Shown piece by piece: positions 54,422 to 64,000 of a DNA stretch of 64,000 nucleotides. Below the pieces are notes generated by a model that was not told the origin of the DNA, did no database searches, and saw only the letters and a list, made by a program, of their open reading frames with translations. A program made the position numbers and the translations under genes. Source of the DNA: Tetramitus jugosus (lineage: Eukaryota > Protista > Heterolobosea); assembly GCA_937625935.1 (NCBI GenBank), contig OW569372.1, positions 186,001 through 250,000 on the forward strand, written 5' to 3'. Every line of letters starts with the position of its first letter. Within the stretch, counting starts at the first letter, position 1.

Positions 54422-57098
54422 ATGATGAATACAGCAAACAAAGAGGATGCTCTTTACACATGGACTTTAGTTCGAACATTGTATATAGATATTGTTTTGG
54501 ATGGCGCCAGAGGAGAAGATTTTTCAGGTAAGAAACATACGGCTTGTTTAAGTTTAAATCACTACTAACATCGAGTTCGTAGGGATTTCCAACTTTATTC
54601 AAGGGTTGGAGTTTACAATACAAGGTAGATTTCCTGAGAATCAGATGGCTGAATTGTACTCATCATGGCTCAAGAAGAGGGTAAGATTGTGCATTTTCGC
54701 TCTGTTTTGCAGTGGTATACGTTCAATATTCACAGTTGGGACCATGTAATAGAACCGGAGAGACAAGATAAATGTTTCAGAGGAAGAATTTCAGACGTTA
54801 TTTAACAATGCTGAGCTGAAAACATTGGATATACTCATTGGATTTCTAATCACTCAGCATAATATTGATCTTACGAGAAGAGGATGCTCCGATGAGTGGA
54901 TCAACGCCGTGGAACACTTATTTTTCTTCTTAGACACGAATAATAATAGTTATTTGTCTCTGGATGGTAATGTCTTTTTGTTTGATTCTATTTAGTTCTC
55001 AGTCTGACTAATACGAATAACAGAGCTCCATTTTTTAATATCTGCCCTATTGGGTAGAGATGCTAAGAAGCTCGATGTTGAACAAATTATTAACCGAACG
55101 GGAGATTTTATGAGGGATGTGGAACCATATGATGGTGTAATTACTCTCAAGAGATTTAAAGAATACTTTCTTCGAAACAAATTAGATGTCAGTGTAATAG
55201 AGAGTACAATACAAGTGCTGGAGAGAGATGCTCAACAATGGAGACAATTGCCATTGGAAGGCTCCAGTGAAGGATTACCCAAATTGTGGATTCACTCTGT
55301 AATCTCAGTGTTAAGTAACTCGCTCTTCACGAAGGATATTAGTTTAATGAAGGAGTATCTAATCTGGCAGACTTATGGATTAAGATACCGGTACAGAGAT
55401 AATCTCTTTTCGTCTTCAGTGTCTCTTTTGGTGTTCAAAGAGTTCTTGCGGAGGTACAGAGCTCAGATGGAGAATACCAAGGGACTAACTGATCACTATT
55501 TTCACACCCACCCTCTCTATTCAGTGCTTGATTCTTGCTTCAAAAAGTACAAACAGGTCATTCATGATACTCTAAGTGGTTTCTCTCCAAGTATTGAGGA
55601 TAGAGTGCATAAGACAGTCCCAACTCATCTCCAGAGAGCTCAATCCAACTCATCTGTAGAGTATGATCGAAGAGCACTTGAAACTCTCGAGAAAAATCAA
55701 CCTAACTCTGCGGAGCCAGATGAAGTGAGTTTTTCGAGCGAACAAACTCCTTTACCAGTTCAGCTGCTAAAAGAAACTCCGGAAGAGATGTCTCCCTCGC
55801 CGATTCGTCATGAGAAACAAAGGAAAGAGTCAGAGTATGTGAAGCAAGTTCGGAAGGTGGATACTGCCACATCTCCAGTTTCAAATGCCCAATTCTCGAA
55901 TGATATCCACGCTTCAAAATCAATGCTCTCACCTATTCCACCAGAGTTTGTTAGTGAGAGTTTCGACTCAGATGATGAAGCTTACAGGTCAGTGCGACCT
56001 GTTCTCTCGCCAAGATCTCACCATGCATCTTCTAATACATCAATCAACGATTCTCAGGTGAAACCTGAACCAAGCAGCAATACTCTCGCATCAGCTCCAT
56101 TTAGAACAGTATTACCTTTTGATATTGATCTGATGATAAGAAATGCAGAGTGGAGAGATATCAAGCGGGGGAGTTTCCAAGATGTTCATTTTTTACCTGT
56201 TAGATGTACATACTCAACAGAACAGTCAACACAAGATCAAAGAATCAAGTCAATGCAGGAAGAGACTTCCCATCAGTCTTATCATCTTCCTCCAAGGATG
56301 GGTTTTACATTGGTTAGTAATTCAGATGTTTCGACTCATCAGGATGATACGGGAACTTTTGAAACACCTAACTTCTCTCATAATCTGGATACTTCACGAG
56401 CAACAGCAGTGAAACAACAGTCTCCTATATCTACAGTCATAGAACCTTTAATTCCGCGTATGGGTGAGGACCAACGAGCAGGTATACAAGTAATGCAAAT
56501 CAAACAGGAATCAATGTCATCAACAGTAGAGCGGATTATGGCTGTTGATAACTTAGCAGTGTCTGAAACCTCACCAGTAATTCCACTTGCTAATAAGGAA
56601 GAAATTCGAACACAAATAGAGAATAGGACGAACTCATTATTGAGCACCAATGATGATATCACTCCAGAATCTCTGAAGAATGTGCTGAAGAAGATAAGAG
56701 CGAGCTCAACGAATCTTGTTCGTTCTGGTCCGAGCTCAGTGACGTCCAGTCGAAGATCCAGTATTGATACTTCGACTGAACCACCGGAATCTGACAACCT
56801 CGAGCTCATTCAAGTCAAATTGAGTCGATCTGACTTGTTGGACTCCTCACCCGATGAGAGATCTACAAGACTTCAAGACTGGAATCCAACAAACAAACCA
56901 AGCAGGTCAGCCCGGAACTCATTGCACTCAGATCACAATGCACCCACTCGATCCGAAACCCTCATCAAGCCAATAACTCTCAACAATGTTCCCCATCGAA
57001 GAGGGTTGCAGGGAGGAGGTTACAACAGCTCTTCAGTTCCTTCCATTGTCTACAATGCTCATAATCCAAGTACAACCAACAATCGAAAATGTAAGTAG
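54422..57098 (+). CDS. Uncharacterised EF-hand protein with long disordered tail, at least 4 exons
   Basis: Splicing the upstream exons gives MMNTANKEDAL...FFLDTNNNSYLSLDE (EF loop); second EF-like loop in the large ORF (DVEPYDGVITLKRF). Confidence 0.55.
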
Positions 57099-57254
57099 TC
57101 TTAACTTTCTTGTTCATCTGTATGCGTATACATATACTTAACCTCACACAATGCAACCACCAGCCACCGACCTGAACCAACAAAAAGAAAAGGGCTGGAA
57201 GATTTGACACATCACTTCAACCAATCAATAAAAAAACACAGCACAGAAAACAAA

Positions 57255-58403
57255 ATGATCAGCAAACACAACTCCAACATTTCGAATAGTCGACAAACAA
57301 AATCGACCATCAACCCAAAGAATCAACCCGTTCCCAAAGAAGAAAAAGAAGAAAAATTCATAAAAGATGATCAACTATTCACAGAAGACGACAACAATAG
57401 TGATGATGACAATGACGATAATCTCCTATCCATTAAACAAGTACACGAACAAATTTTAGAATTGGAAAGTGCCATTCAACAGGGAATCAATCGAATTCAC
57501 TGCACAAACACTCTGATTGACTCCTTGTCCGAATTGAACTCTGATATTCGATCGGCGATTAAAGAAATGATGCTAAAAATAGATCAAATGGACCTCTTGG
57601 TCGAACAATTACAACAACAACATCAGAATGTGGATGACGATGATGATAGCAGTGCCATACAAGCTTCACTCAAATTACATTATAGTCACATTGTAGATGA
57701 AATGAGAAGAAGTGTCAATCGATTGCAGTTTGAACAGAGACAGGCCAATATTGAATATCAGAGAAAAGCAAAGCAATTGTATCAAAAAACGCAACGGAAC
57801 AAGTTGTTGGCTTCGGCAGGTACGACTACGACCATTGCGGCCTCAACTTCTTCAAATGAAAAGGCATCACCGCTTGTCATGGAGTCCATTGCCAACAGAT
57901 ACTTGACAAACAAACGAGGTAGTAGTAGTAACCGTAATGCTGGTGAAGGACATGTAATGAATGATACGTTGGTTAAAGCGGGAACAAATAATATAACAAA
58001 GTCGTTGATGAATACGAGAGAGTTGTTGAGTGGTCAATTGTCGAGTACGGCGAACAGTATGGGCAAGTTGAGTGTTTCGCGTCAAGTGTTGCAGAGCGCA
58101 GTGCACTCGCAGCAGAATTATGAGAAAACGGTGGAGCAGAGCAGTGCGTTGATCAAGTTTATGAAATGGCAGGAAAAGTATGAGCAGTTGATGCTGTATG
58201 CTGCGTTTGCATTCTTTTGTGTCGTTTGTCTGTATGTGTTCAACAAGCGAATACCAGTGATATCGCTCATGCTGTATATTGTCAAGTGGATATTGTCCTG
58301 GATACCATACTTGTTATTCTCCGCATCTGGATCTCAAACAACGAACGGAGCACCATCGCCATCACCTTCATCATCACTGCCACCTCAACGAAATGAATTG
58401 TAA
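57255..58403 (+). CDS. SEC20: Sec20/BNIP1-like ER SNARE
   Basis: RNKLL...NITKSLMNTRELL...S..L..S..L SNARE-like helix followed by TM LYAAFAFFCVVCLYVFNKRI. Confidence 0.7.
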   Translation: MISKHNSNISNSRQTKSTINPKNQPVPKEEKEEKFIKDDQLFTEDDNNSDDDNDDNLLSIKQVHEQILELESAIQQGINRIHCTNTLIDSLSELNSDIRSAIKEMMLKIDQMDLLVEQLQQQHQNVDDDDDSSAIQASLKLHYSHIVDEMRRSVNRLQFEQRQANIEYQRKAKQLYQKTQRNKLLASAGTTTTIAASTSSNEKASPLVMESIANRYLTNKRGSSSNRNAGEGHVMNDTLVKAGTNNITKSLMNTRELLSGQLSSTANSMGKLSVSRQVLQSAVHSQQNYEKTVEQSSALIKFMKWQEKYEQLMLYAAFAFFCVVCLYVFNKRIPVISLMLYIVKWILSWIPYLLFSASGSQTTNGAPSPSPSSSLPPQRNEL

Positions 58404-58442
58404 ACTTGATGATAAATAACGATGATAATTAGGTTGTTTTAT

Positions 58443-59975
58443 TTAATCGCTTACTATTAGTTTGAATAACACGTTAATAGGTGCAGGCTTTGGTTCATCA
58501 AGCGCCATCAAAGCACTGCCAATCAACATTCGCATCATCCGATCTTCTACTTGATCCAAAACAATCATAAATATAATAGCTCGATGAGTCAACATCAACA
58601 GTTGTCGATGCGGCATCTGATCGAGATGTTCCAGGTCTCTCAACCGTTGAAACACTGGCATATGAATCGGCATAAAGGAAAGAAAATGAGCGCAATGTTG
58701 TTGGACATGGGATGCAAAACGGTGGTCTGCATAATCCTCTGCTGCAATCTCCACCATTGCAACCCAATAGTCATCATAGTCATAAACTTGTATTGCGTCC
58801 CACAACCGAGTAAACGCTTGCCACGAACGTGCTTCTGTTGCCACAATCACTTCCAGAGCACTTGGATTGACTGGATCAAGATCCAACAAACGATCCGTAG
58901 CAGTCTCCATTGACGCTATCTTGATTGCACCTTCATCTTCATCAGACTCCATGTCCACATCATCCTCGTCATCTGACAAGAATGGATCTCCATCGAATCC
59001 TCTGGTTTTTACTCCCTTGTGCATTTCAATCTCACGCTCCACGTCTCCTGACTCAATCTCTGGAACGTACGTCGGTCTCACACTGGCCATAATCTGTTTT
59101 CGATGACGCTTGAATTCGACCAAGTGTTGCAGAGCTACTGAATCTTCCGGATGATCCTCACAGTAACCTTCGAATACTCTCTCTGCCAACCCTACTTGCC
59201 CAAACAGCACCAAGCTCTTGGCCCGATGCCACGCAGACACAAAATCCACTGGTTTAATCATTTCATACGCATACAGCAACTTATCCGGATACATTTCACC
59301 ATAATTCAAATAAAAATTGTCCAACTCTACAAATTTCATAAACGCAATCTCCTGCTCATAAAACTTCAAATTTTGTCTATTAAAGTGACGCGGTCCTTCA
59401 TGAAACAACCGAATCGCATCATTTGTCTTTCCCCACTCCATCAACAAATCCAAATAAATGGTCGGGTGTCGATTGTCCTGATGATACGTACTAATGAAAA
59501 AATTTTCAAGTGTCCGTGCATCAATGGCTCCCTTGCGATACAGTGCCACAAACATTTCCTTGAGCGGAGTGGTTTCTCCGAGTAGTCCACCAGTGTTCTC
59601 ATGTACGTGCTCTGCTTTGCTCAGGGATGATGAGACAAGTGCACTCTGACTCAACACACAAACTGCCATTCGAAATTGATTTTTACTGAGAAAGTGATAA
59701 AAGAGGACGCGCAACAAGTACATGAGTGATCGATGATGGTATCGAGTCATTGGTTTGTTCAATCGTGAATTTTTATCTTTGAGTATGGCAGTAGTAGTAG
59801 TAGTAGTCGTATTGGATGATGATGATGATGATGATGTGTTAGTAGTGGTAGTAGTGGTAGTAGTGGTGGTGGTGGAAGATGATGATCGTCTGGGGTAGGA
59901 AGGTGGGAACATGCTGTTCATGAAGCGCCATCGCTTTCGTTTACTAGGTTTGGAAGGCACGGGATTGGATTGCAT
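58443..59975 (-). CDS. Helical-repeat protein, weakly TAF1A/Rrn11-like
   Basis: 510-aa ORF with basic N-terminus, TPR-like helices and an acidic insert; family assignment is only a resemblance. Confidence 0.4.
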   Translation of the reverse strand: MQSNPVPSKPSKRKRWRFMNSMFPPSYPRRSSSSTTTTTTTTTTTNTSSSSSSSNTTTTTTTAILKDKNSRLNKPMTRYHHRSLMYLLRVLFYHFLSKNQFRMAVCVLSQSALVSSSLSKAEHVHENTGGLLGETTPLKEMFVALYRKGAIDARTLENFFISTYHQDNRHPTIYLDLLMEWGKTNDAIRLFHEGPRHFNRQNLKFYEQEIAFMKFVELDNFYLNYGEMYPDKLLYAYEMIKPVDFVSAWHRAKSLVLFGQVGLAERVFEGYCEDHPEDSVALQHLVEFKRHRKQIMASVRPTYVPEIESGDVEREIEMHKGVKTRGFDGDPFLSDDEDDVDMESDEDEGAIKIASMETATDRLLDLDPVNPSALEVIVATEARSWQAFTRLWDAIQVYDYDDYWVAMVEIAAEDYADHRFASHVQQHCAHFLSFMPIHMPVFQRLRDLEHLDQMPHRQLLMLTHRAIIFMIVLDQVEDRMMRMLIGSALMALDEPKPAPINVLFKLIVSD

Positions 59976-60310
59976 TTTCTCTCTTTGTTGTGTTTGTTGT
60001 TCTGTTGTTGTTTTTGGGATTTTGAAGTTGTTGAAGGTGGGAGGAGTTTTTTTCGAGAGTGCAAGAGATTGGTGGAACTTGTGAAAAAACGGGTGCGGAG
60101 AAAAGAGTTTCGGGCGGGAATGGTGTCATTTACGGGTGGTTGTTACTCTTCGAGTTTCGAACAGGTGAAATGAAACTTTGAGTTCCGTTGATTTGTAGTG
60201 GGAACCCTCTATTCAGTTTACAGTTCTCCTCCTGAAGCCTAACCACAAGTTCTCAGGAAGAAACCAACCAACAACATTGAATCAATTCGTTGTGTGTATA
60301 CTATCAGAGC

Positions 60311-62663
60311 ATGAACAAGCAATTCCTTCTCGGTTTGGCCACTATTTTACTGGTGTTGTTTTCTATTATACATGTGGGCGAGGCCGGTTCCACACCAACA
60401 CGAAAGTGGCCTGATGATATCTCCCAGGGGAAAGCTTGGGTTGGTTATGGAATATATGTTGGTCTATCCCTTCTTTTTCCTTTCCTGTTTGTCTTTGTGA
60501 TATACAATACCTCTTTTTATTTCTGGTGCTGTCGATGCACATGTGGCCTATGGTATGTTGATCTTGAGTAATGTCTAAAAGTGCAAAAGGTTTTCGTCTA
60601 ACTCTTCAATTCTTGGTTGTTCTCATAGTGGTGGTGCAAAACCACACTATCGTGGTTACACATCAAGACAAGTTTCAGTCTGGAAGATGATTTTCCTCTT
60701 CTTTTTCATCATATCAGGGATTCTTCTCTGTTTGGCTACTATCTTCACAATCTTCTTCTCCACGTCTATTAAAGGTGTCCAAACAGAATCCTTTAAGGTG
60801 GTGGATGTAACCAAATCCAGAATAGTTGCGGTGATAGAGAATGTTAACAATACTGGGTTATTGATTGATGAAGCACTGGTACCAATTCAAAGTATTTTCC
60901 TGATAGTGAAAGAGTTCAACACCAGTTTGAACACCATGATGGGAGGATTAGATATTTTAACTACTGACGTTCAGGATATTTCAAACGAAGTATCATTAAT
61001 ATCATTAGAGACTGATGTTCTTCAAGATGCATTGTTGAACATCTCGATCACAAGTAATGGGACAATTGCTGATTACTCCTCTGATGTTCCTGATGTTAGT
61101 CAGATAACTTCCTTTCTCAACACTTCCAGGGATGCCATTCAAACTGCTAGAGACAACATCATGAACGGAGTGAGCACTTACAATACTCTAGTGACAAACA
61201 TGCAAAATCAAGTGACCAATTTACGATCAGAGGCAAACGGTATTCTTGGTGGAATGGTTAGTCAAATATCTGGTCCAATGAGTTCAATTACTGAATATAT
61301 TCGAATATTTGATGTAGTGTACAAGAGAGTGAAGTACTACGTTGATATCATAGATGGAGTACGTTTGGCCGTTCTGATTGTGTTTTATGTGTTCATGGGG
61401 GCGATCCTTATTATGGGACTTGTTGGAGTGTGTATGAACTGGCCGCCTTCTCCAAGACTGTCCGCATGTTGTTCATTCTTTACCCCATTTATTTTTGTTG
61501 TAATAGCTTTAGTACAACTCTTTTTATTCATTGGATCAACTGACATTTGCAGAGAATTTGAACCAGCAGTGAGAAGGAGTCAACCGATTGTCGATAGGTT
61601 ATTTGGAAATGGCCACTCTGGAGCTCGTAGTCTTGCACCCATCAATATGGATATGGATCTACTTGGACTTGAAGTTCAGATGTCTTCCAGTGGCATTTCT
61701 TCTATGTTGAATGTCTCAGATATCGTCGATAAGGTTCTCTACTGTTCTTCAGAAGATAGTTTATTAGATATTATCCCTGGACTGGATTTGAGTCTACTCA
61801 ATATTAGCAAGTATATTGATCCAATACGGACCAAGATAGATGAACAGTTGAACAACTTTGATGCGCCCACTCTCATTGGAGATGCTACTCAAAATCTGAA
61901 CAACCTTACACACATTCGATCTGATGTCAATCTGACAGATATTAATCTATCTCTAACATTCCTTTTTGGCACTCTCGACGACATGGTCTTATTCATATCT
62001 AATCTGACAAACCTGGGATACGATGAAAGTAAACTACTGGCTATTCTAGACGAGGTCAATACAAAATCAGCTTCGATTGGAGGACAGTATTTAGAATTGG
62101 ACAATATTACTCTACTAATACCGTCCGATGCTCCATACAACACTGATCAAGTGTTCTTTGAAGATAGGAAGACTGCAATTTTGGACGGAATCGCACTGAG
62201 AGATGCGACACTACTCAAAGCAGAGATTATCAGAATTAACATTGATAAGTCAAACAGCTCTCTCTTAGCAATATCTCGTAGTGTCAACAGCATAAACACG
62301 ACTCTCCACGATGATACTGGTCCTAATCAAATCAGAAGGGGAATCAATTCGCTCGGAGAAGTATTCAAGGCTCTGCAAGTGGCAATAGGCAACGCATTTA
62401 CTTCCTTTTATAACCTAATATCGTCGAAACTTAATGACATCCTGGCTTTGACCAAGTGTGATCATGTAAGCCACTTTTACTCTGCTAGTAAGAAACATGT
62501 GTGCCAAGGAATTAGTCCCTCATCGGGTATCATCGCTATATCTTGCTTCTTACTTTCCGTAGTTGGTCTTGTTTGGTTCTGTTTCATTCTTCCTCTCACG
62601 AAGAAAATTGGAAATGCAACTGCAGAGAACTCAATTGACAGAGAGTTATCAGAAAGGTACTAA
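60311..62663 (+). CDS. Prominin/tweety-like five-TM glycoprotein, 2 exons
   Basis: Signal peptide, TM followed by Cys-rich CCRCTCGL|CGG, two large N-x-S/T-rich loops, TM..STDIC motif, C-x12-C before the last TM. Confidence 0.65.
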
Positions 62664-62973
62664 AAAACCAAAAGTTTTTGGACGAATAAAGTGTTTTCGA
62701 CCAAAAATGTTTTTTGTGTTTTGACACCCACACTACAATTCGACGATTGACATTCTGCGAGATAGATTTCGAGAAGCTGGAATTAGTGGTGTCCTTCATT
62801 TTGTTTGAGTTGAAAGGTTGAAATGATGATTGTGCTTCATGAACGAAGCTTTGTAAAATAGGGACATCTGAAGAATATGGGAAGATGATACAAATCTGAT
62901 ATCAACCAACTCTTTTTGTGTGCCACAACAAAAAACTGGACATGATCTCACGGTGAGAACAGAAACACACAAA

Positions 62974-64000
62974 ATGAGCGAACAAACAATGTCATTCTCA
63001 CAAAACTATCATCGGCCTCATCTTGGCATGAACCGCTACAACAACCACATTGAAATTATGTCAAACGACGAGTCAACACCACCACCACTGATTCACAACA
63101 GCATCACAACAATGACTGTCGACGATGATCAACAAGAAGAACAGTTGGAAAAACAAAGACGCTATCAAAGTCTCCATCATCACCATCGGCCTCACTATGC
63201 AACCTCTTCATCATCACCAATCACCGAACATGATCACAACAACAACACACAGAATCAAACAAACACAACAACAACAATAGGAACAGAAGGAACAACTCCC
63301 TCTACAACAATTGTTGTCAATGAATCAACACAACAAAAGAAAAAGAACAACGTAACAACAGTCACAACAGTTTCTCCTGATGAAGTGCAGATTGATGTCG
63401 TTCCTGGTGCTCCTACAGGAGCTGCCAATTCGACGATGCAACCTGCCAGTTTTTGGAGCATGTTTTATTCTCCCATTTCGTATCTTTTTGGCGGGAATAA
63501 TACTCCTGCGATCGCACAGGATGCCTCTGCACAGCAGAGCTCTGTTGAAGAAGAAACGAGAAAACAGAAACAAGAACGGTTGATCCGTGATGGCAATCAA
63601 AAAGGTGGAAGTGACTCCGCCGTAGTGATAAAGCGGAGAAAAGGAAACTCCTACACTCACTGGATATCTGATATTATGCAGCGGTTTGGGACAGATGCAA
63701 GCAAGACGGTGACAGATGCGTTCAAGGAGCCATTAGAGCTGTTGGCAAGGTCTCCCGTGCTCAGAACAGGTGAAGTGCTCGTTGTTCACAGTGTTGATTT
63801 TGATAGTCTGAGACTAGATCGACTGTTCAAGTACATGGGACTGTTTGTCTTCTTTCTCCAGTTTTCAAAAATGTTTCTGCACAGATTGTTCCTGAGGAGG
63901 AGTGGTTTGAGGGCAATTACCAGTCATCCATCTTCACATGATCAGCTCATGCACAAGCCAGTTGTTGCTGCTATTACTGCTGCACCATCGACAAGCAGTC
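62974..64000 (+). CDS. 5' part of an uncharacterised protein running off the window
   Basis: Frame appears open from ATG 62974 (MSEQTMSFSQ...) with a low-complexity N-terminus typical of the neighbouring genes. Confidence 0.5.
   Translation, partial: MSEQTMSFSQNYHRPHLGMNRYNNHIEIMSNDESTPPPLIHNSITTMTVDDDQQEEQLEKQRRYQSLHHHHRPHYATSSSSPITEHDHNNNTQNQTNTTTTIGTEGTTPSTTIVVNESTQQKKKNNVTTVTTVSPDEVQIDVVPGAPTGAANSTMQPASFWSMFYSPISYLFGGNNTPAIAQDASAQQSSVEEETRKQKQERLIRDGNQKGGSDSAVVIKRRKGNSYTHWISDIMQRFGTDASKTVTDAFKEPLELLARSPVLRTGEVLVVHSVDFDSLRLDRLFKYMGLFVFFLQFSKMFLHRLFLRRSGLRAITSHPSSHDQLMHKPVVAAITAAPSTSS

Noticed and set aside
1380-63400. Numerous CAA/GAT/ACT trinucleotide runs
   Set aside because: They encode poly-Q/S/T/N tracts inside ordinary genes and are not arrays; no CRISPR-like repeat-spacer structure was seen

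Overview
Gene-dense eukaryotic (protist-like) chromosome segment with short GT-AG introns, very short intergenic spacers and many poly-Q/S/T/N tracts. The style suggests a free-living flagellate or amoeboflagellate, but the taxon cannot be fixed from this window. About 25 host genes are present, including SGF29, MPP-alpha, NDOR1, PTPA, WRAP53, a DNA ligase, SEC11, BRR2, SDHAF1, meckelin/TMEM67, Sec20 and a prominin-like gene. The first standout is a 6.6-kb, three-layer mobile-element stack (21409-28007) directly upstream of tRNA-Leu(CAA). It holds two poly(A)-tailed retro-elements, each with its own target-site duplication, whose 5' ends lie 43 and 53 bp upstream of the tRNA and face it, as in Dictyostelium TRE5. 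One encodes only an ORF1-like protein; the other is a 5'-truncated L1-type ORF2 tail. They share a 3' module with C-GNA-G hairpins. An apparently intact EnSpm/CACTA-type DNA transposon (CCCGA TIRs, CA TSD, spliced transposase plus a divergent accessory gene) is nested in the 3' end of the first. The second standout is an RME-8/DNAJC13-like protein that seems to lack its J domain and ends in a proline-rich/WH2/central/acidic (VCA-like) tail, a candidate new Arp2/3 activator. All calls come from visual motif recognition; no searches were run.
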